This document shows positions 1 to 10,213 of a DNA stretch of 64,000 nucleotides, one piece after another. The stretch lies in NCBI GenBank assembly GCA_937894725.1, contig CALAYL010000055.1:21463-85462 (forward strand), given 5' to 3'. The translations under genes and the position numbers were made by a program. Below the pieces are notes generated by a model. It did not search any database and was not told the DNA's origin. It saw only the letters and a program-made list of their open reading frames with translations. This DNA comes from an uncultured Bacteroidota bacterium. GTDB lineage: Bacteria > Bacteroidota > Bacteroidia > Chitinophagales > LD1. Each line of letters begins with the position of its first letter. Within the stretch, counting starts at the first letter, position 1.

Positions 1-443
1 TGACAGAGCTCTTCTTTGTCGTGGTCTTCGCTGCCTAACCAAAATAAGGGTACAAAGTGGTAGGCTGGATATTTTTTACTGAGTTCAATAGTAGAAACTA
101 TCGCAGCTGAAATTTTAACTAGATTATACATTGGCCCTAAAAATAGACAAGGCTGATGTGCTGCTACTACTGTAAACGTATTGTTTTCGAGTAGTGCAGT
201 GATGTTGGTATTCACTTTTTCGTTGTTGTCAAATAGTTGATATTGCCTTCTTAATGCATCTACTAGTAGCGGTCGATTGGTAGCAAATTTTTGCCTTTCG
301 ATAATAAATGAATCTAGGCCATCAAGCGAAAATGGGCGCACGTAAAGTGGCTTTATATCTTCTTTATTTTCAAGAAAACTTTTTATCAGCTTGGGTACAA
401 AGGGCGTATCTGCTAGTAAAATCGAATCTGAGTAAGTTAGCAT
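1..443 (-). CDS. bshC: Bacillithiol biosynthesis cysteine-adding enzyme BshC, N-terminal part (gene continues beyond the left edge)
   Basis: Not in the ORF track because it is partial. My own translation of the minus strand from the ATG at 441-443 gives MLTYSDSILLADTPFVPKLIKSF...AAHQPCLFLGPMYNLVKISAA...YHFVPLFWLGSEDHDKEEL. This matches the HQ..lf.GP.Y...K and W..sEDHD N-terminal signature I recall for Bacteroidota BshC. Its start lies 3 nt downstream of the asmA-like stop, suggesting an operon. Confidence 0.7.
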   Translation of the reverse strand, partial: MLTYSDSILLADTPFVPKLIKSFLENKEDIKPLYVRPFSLDGLDSFIIERQKFATNRPLLVDALRRQYQLFDNNEKVNTNITALLENNTFTVVAAHQPCLFLGPMYNLVKISAAIVSTIELSKKYPAYHFVPLFWLGSEDHDKEELC

Positions 444-446
444 AAT

Positions 447-3074
447 TTACCAAGGTAGTTTTATTCCTTTGACCGCATCTTTTGCTTTGTTCTCTACGTC
501 TTTCTTGATTTTATCTGCTTCTTGTTTTACCTTATCTTCTGCTTGTTTTTTGATTTTATCTGCTTCTTCTTGCGCCTTTTGTTTTAAAATGTCAGCTTGT
601 TTACGTGCTTCATCCTCAGCTTTATCTTTCAAGTCATTCACCGTATTTTGTATCATTTCTTTAGCTGAGCCTCCCGCTGCACCTACTTTTTGGATTTTTA
701 CAGTTGGCTTGCTAACAGTGCCGCCCACTTTCAAAAACAAATTTACAGTCTCTGGCATTTTAAATGCTATGCCAGGTACTTTGGGTATCATATTGGTGAT
801 ATAGCTACTGGCACCACCTAGTTCGCTGCTAGGCACATCAAATCTTAAATCGTAGTCGATCGATTGATCAAAGCCATTGAAGCCTTGGAAATTTACTTTA
901 TAACCATTGCCAAATTTTATATCGGTGGGTTCAACTTTTACCTTGCCATCTTTAAATTGGAGTATGGTGTATGCATTGTTTATTGCTAAGTTTTGCAACG
1001 CAGGTATTTTGACAGCTGAGGCTATTTTCTCCAAAATAGGTAAGCCTACTACTTTTGCGGTATTAATTTGCACTTTTCCATCTCCTTTAAGTGTATTATA
1101 ATCTAAGCTCATATCCTTTGTAAGCGAGCCACTGCCCGTAAGATTGGAAGAGAAATTTCCATTTACGTACTTGATTACAGGGGCTATTTTTTCTGCCATA
1201 CCTACAAATTTGTAGGTTTCGTTAAAATCGAAATTCTTAATGTCGTAGCTGAAATCTACTTTTGGGGTAGTCGATTTGGCGGTAGAGTAGGTAGCACCTA
1301 TAGTAGCATTACCGCCTAGTGTATTGGCAAAAATATCGTTGAGATAAATTGTTTCATTCTTGACTTTCACATTTCCTTTAGCATTGGTCAAGGTGAGTTT
1401 ATCGTACGTTATTTTACCGAAGGTAGCGTTCGCATCAAAATCAATATTGCTAGGTACTTGAAAGTAAGTGCTAGCAGTGTTTTGGGTAGTAGAGGCAGCT
1501 GCTTTTTCATCTTTTTGTAGCCACTCATTAGCATCAAAATAATTGGAATTTAAATTTACCTTTCCTACTAAATCGCCCTTGTTGAAAGCATACGCTAGAT
1601 AGTTTTCGAGTTCGCCACTCATCTGATAATCGCTCTTGCCTATTTTGGCAGTAAGGTTGGAGAGGGTGATATTTCTAGGATTGAAAGTCGTTTTAATATC
1701 CGAAACGTAAAGTGGCATAGGTGTTTCTTTGCTATCATATACTAGGTTAGTAACCGATAGTGTACCAGCAGCTTGCACTGCATTATAATTTTTACGGTCT
1801 ATTTCGCTTTTTCGCCCTTTAAAGTTGAGGTCGGCAGCGAGCAAACCTGTTATTTTGTTTACTCCTTCGAGTGGATAAAACTTAGGTAGATTCGCAAGAT
1901 TCATCTTTCCTTTTAACGTCAAATCAAGATTTGGGTCAGAGATTGGCGTGCTTACTTTCAACCGCGCATCGATAGGGTCTGAGCCGAGATCAGCATGAAA
2001 CTTCGATACGTCTATCAGCATTCTATCAAGTGAGCCTTGGTCTTTAGTGATTTTCGTATTTATTTGGATATTGGTAACGGCTGTAGGTAGCGATGGGTAT
2101 TGAAACATACCATTAGTAACGATTAAATTGAGGTTCATCGCAGGGTATGTTTTTTCACTATAAAGCCCTTTTGCCGAACCATCTAAAGCCAGTGTACCCG
2201 AAGTTTTGATATTGTCAAAGTCTTTTTTGTACACGGCTGGTATGAGCGACAATATACTTTTGAAAGATGCTTCTTTTGACTTAAATTTAATATCTACAGA
2301 ATAATCTGATTTGTTGATTTTGAAAAATCCATCAAATAATAGTGCCAAGTCATTGACTTGTATTTGGTTGTCTTTAAACGTGTAGATATTGTTGGTTTGA
2401 TTAATCGAAAGCTTGTTTTCTGCTTTTATTTTCGCTTTATTCAAATAGGTTATTGCCCCACTCGATATGGTCAGTTTATCGATGGCTGTTTTAGTATCAA
2501 AATCATATATAGCAGAGGATACATCGCCACTACCTTCAAAATCTAAATTGTTTATGTAAGCAAATGTTTTGCCTTCAAAATCTTCATAATTGACTATGCC
2601 CCCTTTGATAGCATATTTTTTGATAGCGAGCGAAAAGTTGCTTTCTTGCTGCGCTTCAGTTGGTTTGGTCGAATCTACTTTGGCTATATCCCAGTTTGCT
2701 TTGCCTGCTTTGTTTACTATCGCATTTATTTGTGGCTTGTCGAGCGCTAACTGGAGAATTTTGTATTTCTCTTTTTTATAGACAGACATAAGGTCTATCG
2801 TAAATCGAAAATCGGGTATGTATGCCAAAGTATCACCTTTAAAATCATCTATACCTACAATCGAAAAATCGCTCAGTTGAAAACTGAAATTTGGAAAGGA
2901 ACGCAAAAGTGATAAATCATATTTGCCATAATCAACTTTTGCATTGAGACTATTGTTTATCTCTTCTTTAATAGCGGCATTTATTTCATCTTTAAATAAA
3001 AAAGGAATAGCTACTAGAGCGCCTATAGCTAACACAACAAAGAGCGTTAGTCCGATGAGAATTTTTTTAATCAT
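447..3074 (-). CDS. AsmA-family outer-membrane biogenesis protein with K/E-rich coiled-coil C-terminus
   Basis: 875-aa ORF with an N-terminal membrane anchor (MIKKILIGLTLFVVLAIGALVAIPFLF) followed by long beta-rich repeats typical of AsmA-like proteins. The C-terminal roughly 70 aa are a K/E/A/D-rich helix. Confidence 0.7.
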   Translation of the reverse strand: MIKKILIGLTLFVVLAIGALVAIPFLFKDEINAAIKEEINNSLNAKVDYGKYDLSLLRSFPNFSFQLSDFSIVGIDDFKGDTLAYIPDFRFTIDLMSVYKKEKYKILQLALDKPQINAIVNKAGKANWDIAKVDSTKPTEAQQESNFSLAIKKYAIKGGIVNYEDFEGKTFAYINNLDFEGSGDVSSAIYDFDTKTAIDKLTISSGAITYLNKAKIKAENKLSINQTNNIYTFKDNQIQVNDLALLFDGFFKINKSDYSVDIKFKSKEASFKSILSLIPAVYKKDFDNIKTSGTLALDGSAKGLYSEKTYPAMNLNLIVTNGMFQYPSLPTAVTNIQINTKITKDQGSLDRMLIDVSKFHADLGSDPIDARLKVSTPISDPNLDLTLKGKMNLANLPKFYPLEGVNKITGLLAADLNFKGRKSEIDRKNYNAVQAAGTLSVTNLVYDSKETPMPLYVSDIKTTFNPRNITLSNLTAKIGKSDYQMSGELENYLAYAFNKGDLVGKVNLNSNYFDANEWLQKDEKAAASTTQNTASTYFQVPSNIDFDANATFGKITYDKLTLTNAKGNVKVKNETIYLNDIFANTLGGNATIGATYSTAKSTTPKVDFSYDIKNFDFNETYKFVGMAEKIAPVIKYVNGNFSSNLTGSGSLTKDMSLDYNTLKGDGKVQINTAKVVGLPILEKIASAVKIPALQNLAINNAYTILQFKDGKVKVEPTDIKFGNGYKVNFQGFNGFDQSIDYDLRFDVPSSELGGASSYITNMIPKVPGIAFKMPETVNLFLKVGGTVSKPTVKIQKVGAAGGSAKEMIQNTVNDLKDKAEDEARKQADILKQKAQEEADKIKKQAEDKVKQEADKIKKDVENKAKDAVKGIKLPW

Positions 3075-3104
3075 GTAAGGTTAATTTTATGGGAATGACA
3101 CCTC

Positions 3105-3112
3105 CAAAACTA
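3105..3112 (-). promoter_or_regulatory. Candidate -7 box (TAGTTTTG on the minus strand) for the asmA-like/bshC operon
   Basis: Plus-strand caaaacta is the reverse complement of TAnnTTTG, the Bacteroidota sigma-A -7 consensus. It lies 31 nt upstream of the start codon at 3074. No clear -33 TTTG. Confidence 0.3.
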
Positions 3113-3226
3113 TGCCTAATATTTAAAAAACAGAAAATTGAGCTTAGCATTTTCGCTTTTTAAACATCTTTTTCCCTAATGTGGATTATTAATTTGATTC
3201 AGATTAGTGCTTTCATAGTTTAAACG

Positions 3227-3234
3227 TATTTTTG
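3227..3234 (+). promoter_or_regulatory. Candidate -7 box TATTTTTG for guaA, only 3 nt from the ATG
   Basis: Exact TAnnTTTG match. The ATG at 3238 follows after the 3 nt cct. No good -33 element at canonical spacing. Confidence 0.35.
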
Positions 3235-3237
3235 CCT

Positions 3238-4779
3238 ATGCAAGAAAAAGTACTAATCCTCGATTTTGGATCTCAATATACGCAACTCATCGCTCGTAGA
3301 GTTCGCGAAGCCCATATTTTTTGTGAAATAGCCCCTTATAATGCTATACCTGAACTCGATGCGTCAGTGAAGGCGATTATATTGAGCGGTAGCCCATTTT
3401 CGGTGCGAGATGCCGATGCGCCTAAGCTTGATTTGGATGCTATGATAGCTCATGCGCCTGTGTTAGGTGTTTGCTATGGTGCGCAACTGCTAGCTGCTAT
3501 ATATGGTGGTCAAGTAGAAAAAAGCGATAAGCGCGAGTATGGTAGAGCCCACCTCGATATTACAGATATGGCAGACCCTATGATGGCGAATGTATCTAAC
3601 CACTCACAAATTTGGATGAGTCATGGCGATACGATTCGGTCTGTGGGCGATAGATTTGCCATATCCGCCTCGTCAGATAGCATACCAGTAGCTTGTTTTT
3701 GGAGCAAAACAAATACGTTCCCAAATCCAGTACACGCATTGCAGTTTCATCCTGAGGTTTTTCATAGCACCGAGGGGCAAAAAGTGATTCAAAATTTTCT
3801 TTATCATATAGCTGGCATTGCACCAAATTGGACACCTGCTTCGTTTGTAAAATCTACTATAGAAGAATTGAAAGAAAAAATAGGCGTGCAAAAAGTGCTA
3901 CTAGGTTTATCTGGGGGAGTAGATTCATCTGTGGCAGCGTTGCTCTTACATAAGGCAGTAGGCGAACAGCTTATCTGTATATTTGTGGACAATGGGTTAT
4001 TGCGTAAAAACGAATTTGAAGATGTATTACATAAATACGAAGGCATGGGTCTCCATGTGATTGGAGTGCGTGCAGCTGATAGATTTTTGAATCAGCTAGC
4101 TGGAGTTACAGACCCTGAAACCAAACGCAAAATAATAGGACGCTTGTTTATAGATGTGTTTGATGAAGAAGCTTTAAAGCATAGTGATATTCGATTTTTA
4201 GCTCAAGGTACTATCTATCCAGATGTGATAGAATCAATATCAGTAAAAGGCCCATCAGCTACTATTAAATCGCATCACAATGTAGGCGGACTACCTGAAA
4301 AGATGAACCTTTCGGTGGTTGAGCCTCTTCGTTTTTTGTTTAAAGATGAAGTGCGTCTAGCGGGCAAAGAACTAGGATTAGTGCCAGATATTTTGAATCG
4401 ACATCCATTTCCTGGACCAGGTTTGGCGGTGCGTATTTTGGGCGAAATCACGCCAGAAAGAGTGGCTACGCTACAAGAAGTAGATCACATTTTTATTTCT
4501 AATCTTAAAAGTGCAGGATTATATGGTGGCGTATGGCAAGCTGGTGCCATCCTTACTTCGCAGCAGACGGTGGGTGTAATGGGCGATGAGCGAACCTATG
4601 AGGCCGTTGCAGCCCTCAGAGCTGTACACTCTACCGATGGTATGACGGCAGATTGGGTGCATCTACCTTATGAGTTTTTGGCTAAGGTGTCAAACGAAAT
4701 CATCAATAATGTACGTGGGGTAAATAGAGTTGTTTATGATATCAGCTCAAAGCCACCAGCTACAATTGAATGGGAATAG
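3238..4779 (+). CDS. guaA: GMP synthase (glutamine-hydrolysing)
   Basis: Has the N-terminal GATase motif [20 protein letters not shown], the ATP-PPase P-loop [10 protein letters not shown] and the C-terminal PPATIEWE. The track ORF starts at TTG 3232, and I prefer the ATG at 3238. Confidence 0.95.
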   Translation: MQEKVLILDFGSQYTQLIARRVREAHIFCEIAPYNAIPELDASVKAIILSGSPFSVRDADAPKLDLDAMIAHAPVLGVCYGAQLLAAIYGGQVEKSDKREYGRAHLDITDMADPMMANVSNHSQIWMSHGDTIRSVGDRFAISASSDSIPVACFWSKTNTFPNPVHALQFHPEVFHSTEGQKVIQNFLYHIAGIAPNWTPASFVKSTIEELKEKIGVQKVLLGLSGGVDSSVAALLLHKAVGEQLICIFVDNGLLRKNEFEDVLHKYEGMGLHVIGVRAADRFLNQLAGVTDPETKRKIIGRLFIDVFDEEALKHSDIRFLAQGTIYPDVIESISVKGPSATIKSHHNVGGLPEKMNLSVVEPLRFLFKDEVRLAGKELGLVPDILNRHPFPGPGLAVRILGEITPERVATLQEVDHIFISNLKSAGLYGGVWQAGAILTSQQTVGVMGDERTYEAVAALRAVHSTDGMTADWVHLPYEFLAKVSNEIINNVRGVNRVVYDISSKPPATIEWE

Positions 4780-4821
4780 GCACGGTATTTGTATTTTCTC
4801 TACTTTTAATTACAATTGAAT

Positions 4822-6201
4822 ATGAAACTGCACTGTTTTTTTCTTATTGCTGTTTGCTTTTTTAACACTATAAGCACAAATGCTCAATCTAATTTGCCCC
4901 CTCAGATAAAGATTGACAATCGCTCTGTGATTGAAGCTAAGCCTCAAAATGGCAAACTACAAGCAATGCCCATGTATGATAAGAACATAGGCAAAGGGAT
5001 GTTGGGTGAAGCTTTAGTAAATGTAGCCGCTGATACGTTTTTGTTTCCTTCGAGTCCTATTACATCTACGAATATTACGCTTTTACTTTCGCTAGATTAC
5101 AATCATGCCGCTTGGAAAATGTCGGCTGCCAATGGTGAATCGGATAGTAAGCTAGCTAACAATATCAAAATAAAAGAGAATTCTACTCAAGCATTAGATT
5201 TTTTGGAAGGATTCAAACTAGCATTAAAAAATAATACTCCTTTTTTTGACATGAACATCAATTTGGTAGATGCTACTACCAACGATTCTATTTTAAGAGA
5301 AAAACTAAATGAGTCTGCGGTAAAGAATAGCGACATTATTATAGGGCCAGGCAAGGTATCGAGTGCTAAAATCGTAGCAGAATATTGTAAACAAAGCAAA
5401 AAAATCAATATTCAACCCTTTGTAGCGGCAAATACCATAGGGTTAGATAATCCTTATCTCGTAAAACTCGCTCCTACCATCGAAGGGCATATGCTCAGGA
5501 TGTTTCAGACAGTAGTCGATTCATTTCCTAATGCCAAAGTAGTCATATATACTACTAAGCGAGAGCGGGATCTGAAACCAGCGAAATATATAGATTCTCT
5601 TTTTAACGACTATAACCTTAGCGCTCAAAGGAAAATACTAAAAGCTTTTGTAAATACGGGTGATGAGACTAAAACAGCCAGCCAACGCAGTCTTTCGGCC
5701 AATATGGGAGGTGGACGACAAAATGTGATTATATACTGTAGCTATGATCAAGTAAATATAAATCAGACCTTACGAAGTTTGAGCAGAGGCGAGGCTATTG
5801 TATTTGGTATGCCTACATGGATTGATCAAGAAATGATACGGGCAGACTATCTGAATAATGCAGAATTGAGATTTACCGATGCGTTTTATGCAGACTCAGC
5901 TGATGCACAAAACATAGAATTTAAAAAACAATATAGCACTACTTATGCACATCCACCTACAAATGATAGCTATTTGGGGTATGATGTAGCCAACTATCTT
6001 TCCTATGCATTGAAATTGCATGGCTATAATTTTGCCCAAAAATCGCTTGGTGAGTTGTTTAAAGGGGTGGGGTATAACTTTGTGCTAGGAGAGCATTTAG
6101 CTAAGGTAAAGGACAATAGCGTTAAAACCTTCCAATACTACACGAATGAATATGTGAATCAGTATATGATTAAAGACTATAAAATCATACATTGCAATTA
6201 G
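4822..6201 (+). CDS. Secreted periplasmic-binding-protein-fold (type 1, LIVBP-like) protein of unknown function
   Basis: Signal peptide MKLHCFFLIAVCFFNTISTNAQ. The segment IIIGPGKVSSAKIVAEYCKQSKKINIQPFVAAN resembles Leu/Ile/Val-binding-protein-like domains. A gene of this type follows guaA in many Bacteroidota, often with LysM repeats that are absent here. ATG 4822 is preferred over TTG 4816. Confidence 0.45.
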   Translation: MKLHCFFLIAVCFFNTISTNAQSNLPPQIKIDNRSVIEAKPQNGKLQAMPMYDKNIGKGMLGEALVNVAADTFLFPSSPITSTNITLLLSLDYNHAAWKMSAANGESDSKLANNIKIKENSTQALDFLEGFKLALKNNTPFFDMNINLVDATTNDSILREKLNESAVKNSDIIIGPGKVSSAKIVAEYCKQSKKINIQPFVAANTIGLDNPYLVKLAPTIEGHMLRMFQTVVDSFPNAKVVIYTTKRERDLKPAKYIDSLFNDYNLSAQRKILKAFVNTGDETKTASQRSLSANMGGGRQNVIIYCSYDQVNINQTLRSLSRGEAIVFGMPTWIDQEMIRADYLNNAELRFTDAFYADSADAQNIEFKKQYSTTYAHPPTNDSYLGYDVANYLSYALKLHGYNFAQKSLGELFKGVGYNFVLGEHLAKVKDNSVKTFQYYTNEYVNQYMIKDYKIIHCN

Positions 6202-6273
6202 ATTCTTAGCGTCTACTATTTTTTTAGTTGGCAACTAGTCTATCCTAATCCTTTCGTTTTTTGTAAATAATCC

Positions 6274-6281
6274 TATATTTG
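6274..6281 (+). promoter_or_regulatory. Candidate -7 box TATATTTG upstream of secDF
   Basis: Exact TAnnTTTG match 37 nt upstream of ATG 6319, in a 117-nt intergenic region. Confidence 0.35.
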
Positions 6282-6318
6282 CCAACTATTTTTTTGAATA
6301 AAAGTCTAAACACTAAAG

Positions 6319-9300
6319 ATGCAACTTAAAGGCCTCATCAAATCATTTACTATTATATTTATATTAGTATGTCTCTACCAACTGTCATTTACCGTAGCTA
6401 CCAAGATAGTTGAAAACAGAGCCGACACCTACGCTACAAGAGGATTGTCGCTAGATCCACCTGCTTCTATGAATGGTGCTCAAAAGATTATTTATGAAGA
6501 TTCGGTGAGTAGTTTGTTCAGAAAAAACAAACGATATTTCCTCGATTCTGTTCAAAGCGAAACTGCCTACAATCTTGGCATTATCAAGTATTCTTACAAA
6601 GAATGTAGAGATCGTCAGCTCAATCTGGGACTTGACTTGAAAGGCGGAATGAGCCTGGTAATGGAAATTTCGGAGGAAGAAGTGCTTCGCAAGTTAGCGA
6701 ACAATAACCCAGACCCTGCATTTAATGCAGCTGTAGATGCTGCTTTCAAAAAGCACTCAAAAGATGGAGGTAATTTCTTGTCAATATTTGGCGATGAATA
6801 CAATACAGCTAATCCTAATGGCAAGCTTGCAAATCTTTTTGCTTCAATAGAGTCATATAAAGGGAAAATCACATTTGCTTCGTCAAACAGTGATGTAATC
6901 AAAGTGTTGGATGCAGACATGAGCTCAGCGGTAAACGAGACATTCAATGTGTTGAAAACCCGTATCGACCAGTTTGGAGTAGGTTCACCTAATATTTCAC
7001 TTCAATCAAATACTGGACGTATTATCCTTGAACTGCCAGGCCTAGATGACCCAACTCGTGTACGCAGAATATTGCAACAAACAGCACAACTAGAATTTTG
7101 GGATACTTATGAAAATGAAGAGATCATTGGTCTTTTAGCTAAGGCGGACAATGATTTGGGTTCTAAGCTTTTTGGCGAGGAAGACAAAAATGCGAAACCA
7201 ACTGTCGATTCTACTTCGGGAGGTATTTCTCTTTCTGAATTGGCAGATGGAGTAATTGATACAACAAAAAAAGGCGAAACTACAGATAAAGACTCTTCAA
7301 ACCTTTACCCAATTCGAAATTTATTGGCACTTCAGTTTGACCAACAAACTGGTCAAGCTTACGAAGGTCCACTATTAGGTATAGCCATGGGAAAAGATAC
7401 TGCGAAAATCAATCGATATTTAGGCGATGATGTTTGTAAGCCTATTTTTCCTAGAGATTTGCGATTTGTATGGTCTGCAAAGCCACTTTATAAAGACAAA
7501 GCAATCTTTGGATTGTATGGTATCAAAGTGCCACCAGGTGCTCAAGAGGCAAGATTGACAGGCGATGTAGTAACAGATGCAAGCAAAGGATTTGACCAAA
7601 CGGGTTCTCCGCAAGTCACATTGTCTATGAACTCTCTTGGCGCAAATAAGTGGGAGAAAATGACTGATGATGCCGTGAATGGTACTGTAAATGGAAAGCC
7701 AGTAAAGAAATGTGTGGCTATTGTGTTGGATAATAGAGTGTTTTCTGCACCTAGAGTACAGTCTAAAATATCGGGAGGAAACACACAAATCACTGGAATA
7801 AGTGATATTCAAGAAGCAGAAGATTTAGCGAATATCTTGAAATCAGGAAAGCTAGAAGCGCGCACTAGAATTATTGAGGAGCAAGTGATTGGGCCATCTT
7901 TGGGTAAGGAAGCAATCAATGCTGGACTTTTATCTATGTTGTTTGGATTTATTGCAGTGTGTTTGTTTGTATTAGTATATTATACCTCATCAAGCTTAAT
8001 TGCTATAGCAGCTGTGATTCTCAACTTGTTCTTCATTATAGGTGTACTAGCTAACTTCGGAGCATCACTTACATTGCCAGGTATGGCTGGTATCGTGCTT
8101 ACCCTTTCGATAGCTATAGATGCTAATGTAATCATCAATGAGCGTATCCGTGAGGAAATTTTGAAGGGAAAAGCGCTCAAGCAAGCCATTGAAGATGGAT
8201 ACAAACATTCCTATTCCGCCATTTTTGATGGTAACTTGACTACACTTTTGGTTGGTATTGTACTTTTATTCTTTGGTTATGGTCCAGTAAAAGGATTTGC
8301 GGTAACACTCGTAATAGGTATCCTTACTTCATTATTTACAGCAGTTGGTTGGTCACATGTTGTGTTTAATTGGGTAGTAGATAAAAAATACAACATCAAA
8401 TTTGGTAGTGACTTCACGATGAACTTTTTGAGAGGATTCAATTTCTACTTTATGGAAAAACGTAAATTTTTCTATGTATTATCTACTATTGCATTTGCCA
8501 TTGCATTTGTATCCATGATTTTCATTGGCTTTGATTTGGGCGTAGATTTTAAAGGAGGACGTAGCTATGTAGTAAAGTTTGATAAAGACGTAAAAACAGC
8601 TGAGATCGCTACAGCACTAGAAACTAGTTTTGGCTCAAAACCGCTTGTGAAAACATACGGTAGCAACAGTCAGATTCAAATCACTACGGCTTATTTGATC
8701 AATCAAAATAACCCGAACACGGATAGCTTGATTGAAAGTAAAATGTTTGAAGGTATAACACCTTACTTTGCTACTAAAGGAGATTTTGAATCATTTAGAA
8801 CAAGAAATATCAAGTCGATTACACGTATCGAGCCTACCATAGCTGATGACATTCGTAAGAGTGCATTTTTAGCAGGTATTTTAGGTATTTTGGGTATAGG
8901 TATCTATATCTTCGTTCGATTCAAGAAGCTCGAATATGCTGTAGGCTCTATCGTTGCGTTAATTCATGATCCTGTGATTGTATTGGGCTTGTTCTCATTG
9001 CTTCGTCATATCAGCCCATTCTCACTTGAGATTGACCAAAATGTGGTAGCTGCTATCCTTACATTGATTGGATATTCTGTAAATGATACAGTGATTGTAT
9101 TTGATAGAATTAGAGAGCACATAGCGCTTTATCCTACCAAAACATTGGTACAAAATGTAAACGATGCAATCAATACTACCTTGAGTCGTACGATTATGAC
9201 ATCAGTAGCTACAGAATTAGTAGTTATAGTATTGTTCTTCTTTGGAGGTGAGGCTATCCGTCAGTTTTCGTTTGCATTGCTTATCGGAATAGCCGTAGGA

Positions 9301-9390
9301 ACATATTCTTCTATCTTCATAGCAGCACCAATCATGGTAGATCTACTCCTTCTCAGAAACAAGAAAGAAGAAGCAAAAGTAGCTAATTAA
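6319..9390 (+). CDS. secDF: Protein translocase subunit SecDF (fused SecD-SecF)
   Basis: 1023 aa with an N-terminal TM segment, a large periplasmic domain and two six-TM bundles (GLDLKGG, SAPRV..ISGG.., IGPSLG, then a SecF-like half with GVDFKGG). The fusion and size are typical of Bacteroidota. Confidence 0.93.
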   Translation: MQLKGLIKSFTIIFILVCLYQLSFTVATKIVENRADTYATRGLSLDPPASMNGAQKIIYEDSVSSLFRKNKRYFLDSVQSETAYNLGIIKYSYKECRDRQLNLGLDLKGGMSLVMEISEEEVLRKLANNNPDPAFNAAVDAAFKKHSKDGGNFLSIFGDEYNTANPNGKLANLFASIESYKGKITFASSNSDVIKVLDADMSSAVNETFNVLKTRIDQFGVGSPNISLQSNTGRIILELPGLDDPTRVRRILQQTAQLEFWDTYENEEIIGLLAKADNDLGSKLFGEEDKNAKPTVDSTSGGISLSELADGVIDTTKKGETTDKDSSNLYPIRNLLALQFDQQTGQAYEGPLLGIAMGKDTAKINRYLGDDVCKPIFPRDLRFVWSAKPLYKDKAIFGLYGIKVPPGAQEARLTGDVVTDASKGFDQTGSPQVTLSMNSLGANKWEKMTDDAVNGTVNGKPVKKCVAIVLDNRVFSAPRVQSKISGGNTQITGISDIQEAEDLANILKSGKLEARTRIIEEQVIGPSLGKEAINAGLLSMLFGFIAVCLFVLVYYTSSSLIAIAAVILNLFFIIGVLANFGASLTLPGMAGIVLTLSIAIDANVIINERIREEILKGKALKQAIEDGYKHSYSAIFDGNLTTLLVGIVLLFFGYGPVKGFAVTLVIGILTSLFTAVGWSHVVFNWVVDKKYNIKFGSDFTMNFLRGFNFYFMEKRKFFYVLSTIAFAIAFVSMIFIGFDLGVDFKGGRSYVVKFDKDVKTAEIATALETSFGSKPLVKTYGSNSQIQITTAYLINQNNPNTDSLIESKMFEGITPYFATKGDFESFRTRNIKSITRIEPTIADDIRKSAFLAGILGILGIGIYIFVRFKKLEYAVGSIVALIHDPVIVLGLFSLLRHISPFSLEIDQNVVAAILTLIGYSVNDTVIVFDRIREHIALYPTKTLVQNVNDAINTTLSRTIMTSVATELVVIVLFFFGGEAIRQFSFALLIGIAVGTYSSIFIAAPIMVDLLLLRNKKEEAKVAN

Positions 9391-9441
9391 AAAATTATCA
9401 ATTTTTAATAGGCGGTTGGGCAATTTTTAATCCTAATCGCC

Positions 9442-9449
9442 TATTTTTG
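9442..9449 (+). promoter_or_regulatory. Candidate -7 box TATTTTTG upstream of the DUF1573 gene
   Basis: Exact TAnnTTTG match 14 nt upstream of ATG 9464. It overlaps the 3' arm and T-run of a weak hairpin (ataggcg...cgcctat) that follows secDF. Confidence 0.35.
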
Positions 9450-9463
9450 TTTAAATATTAAAA

Positions 9464-9898
9464 ATGAAAAAATCAGCAATTCTCCTACTTACTTTTTTAT
9501 TCGCCATTTCAATTTATTCTTGCAGAAAAAAAGGCAATCCCTATGCAGGATTACCTACATCTATTCTCAAAGATACTACTACCTTGGTTTTTACCGAAAC
9601 TACCTTTGAGTTCGATACTATTGATCAAGGCGATACCGTGGTGCATGTTTTTAAGCTTACCAATACTGGAGACAAAGATTTAATCATTGGCAACGCCTTC
9701 GGATCATGTGGATGCACTGTACCTGAATATCCTAAAGACCCTATAGCTCCAGGAAAAGAGGCTGAAGTTCGTGTCCGCTTTAATAGCGAAGGAAAAGAAG
9801 GTCCGCAGACAAAGTCCGTAACACTTCAGGTAAACACTCAAAAGCACCAAGAGCAAATATTTATGAATGGCTTTGTGCGTGTACCTAAATCAAACTAA
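9464..9898 (+). CDS. DUF1573 domain-containing lipoprotein
   Basis: Lipoprotein signal (LLTFLFAISIYSC) and the DUF1573 hallmark F.F.N.G...L.I......CGCT.PEYPK.PI.PG....V.V.FN. Confidence 0.75.
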   Translation: MKKSAILLLTFLFAISIYSCRKKGNPYAGLPTSILKDTTTLVFTETTFEFDTIDQGDTVVHVFKLTNTGDKDLIIGNAFGSCGCTVPEYPKDPIAPGKEAEVRVRFNSEGKEGPQTKSVTLQVNTQKHQEQIFMNGFVRVPKSN

Positions 9899-9922
9899 AC
9901 TCTAAAAAATAAACCAATTGTT

Positions 9923-10207
9923 ATGAATCCAACTATTATGTTGCTCTTTTACGGAGCTATTTTTGCTGTAGTATATTTTTTCTTTATCAGACCTCAATCA
10001 AAAAAGGCGAAAGATGCAAAGCTTTTTATTGATGAAATTAAAAAGGGCGATAAAGTGGTTACTAGTTCTGGCATACACGCTGTAGTAGATGAAGTAGCAG
10101 ACACTACCTTGATGATACGTATCGATAGTCATGTACGGGTTAAAATCGAAAAATCTAGTATATCTGCAGAGTTGTCGAAGTTAATTCAGACACCTGAAAC
10201 AAAATAA
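9923..10207 (+). CDS. yajC: Preprotein translocase subunit YajC
   Basis: 94 aa with a single N-terminal TM segment, then FIRPQSKKAK...KKGDKVVTSSGIHAVV, the YajC signature. It sits next to secDF. Confidence 0.85.
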   Translation: MNPTIMLLFYGAIFAVVYFFFIRPQSKKAKDAKLFIDEIKKGDKVVTSSGIHAVVDEVADTTLMIRIDSHVRVKIEKSSISAELSKLIQTPETK

Positions 10208-10213
10208 TTTTGT

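Noticed and set aside
505-569. A 20-nt direct repeat (ttgattttatctgcttctt[g/c]) at 505-524 and 550-569.
   Set aside because: It lies inside the asmA-like coding region and encodes the duplicated heptad-like peptide EADKIKK in a K/E-rich coiled-coil tail. It is an internal protein repeat, not a regulatory or mobile-element repeat.
469-804. Long antisense ORFs inside confidently identified genes, for example 469-804 in the asmA-like gene, 31295-31795 in folD, 52437-52892 in sucB, 41665-41976 in the GNAT gene and 57878-58306 in aroB.
   Set aside because: Their translations are low-complexity (S/A/L/F-rich) mirror images of the real frame and have no start context, signal or motif. These are typical shadow ORFs opposite strongly conserved coding frames.
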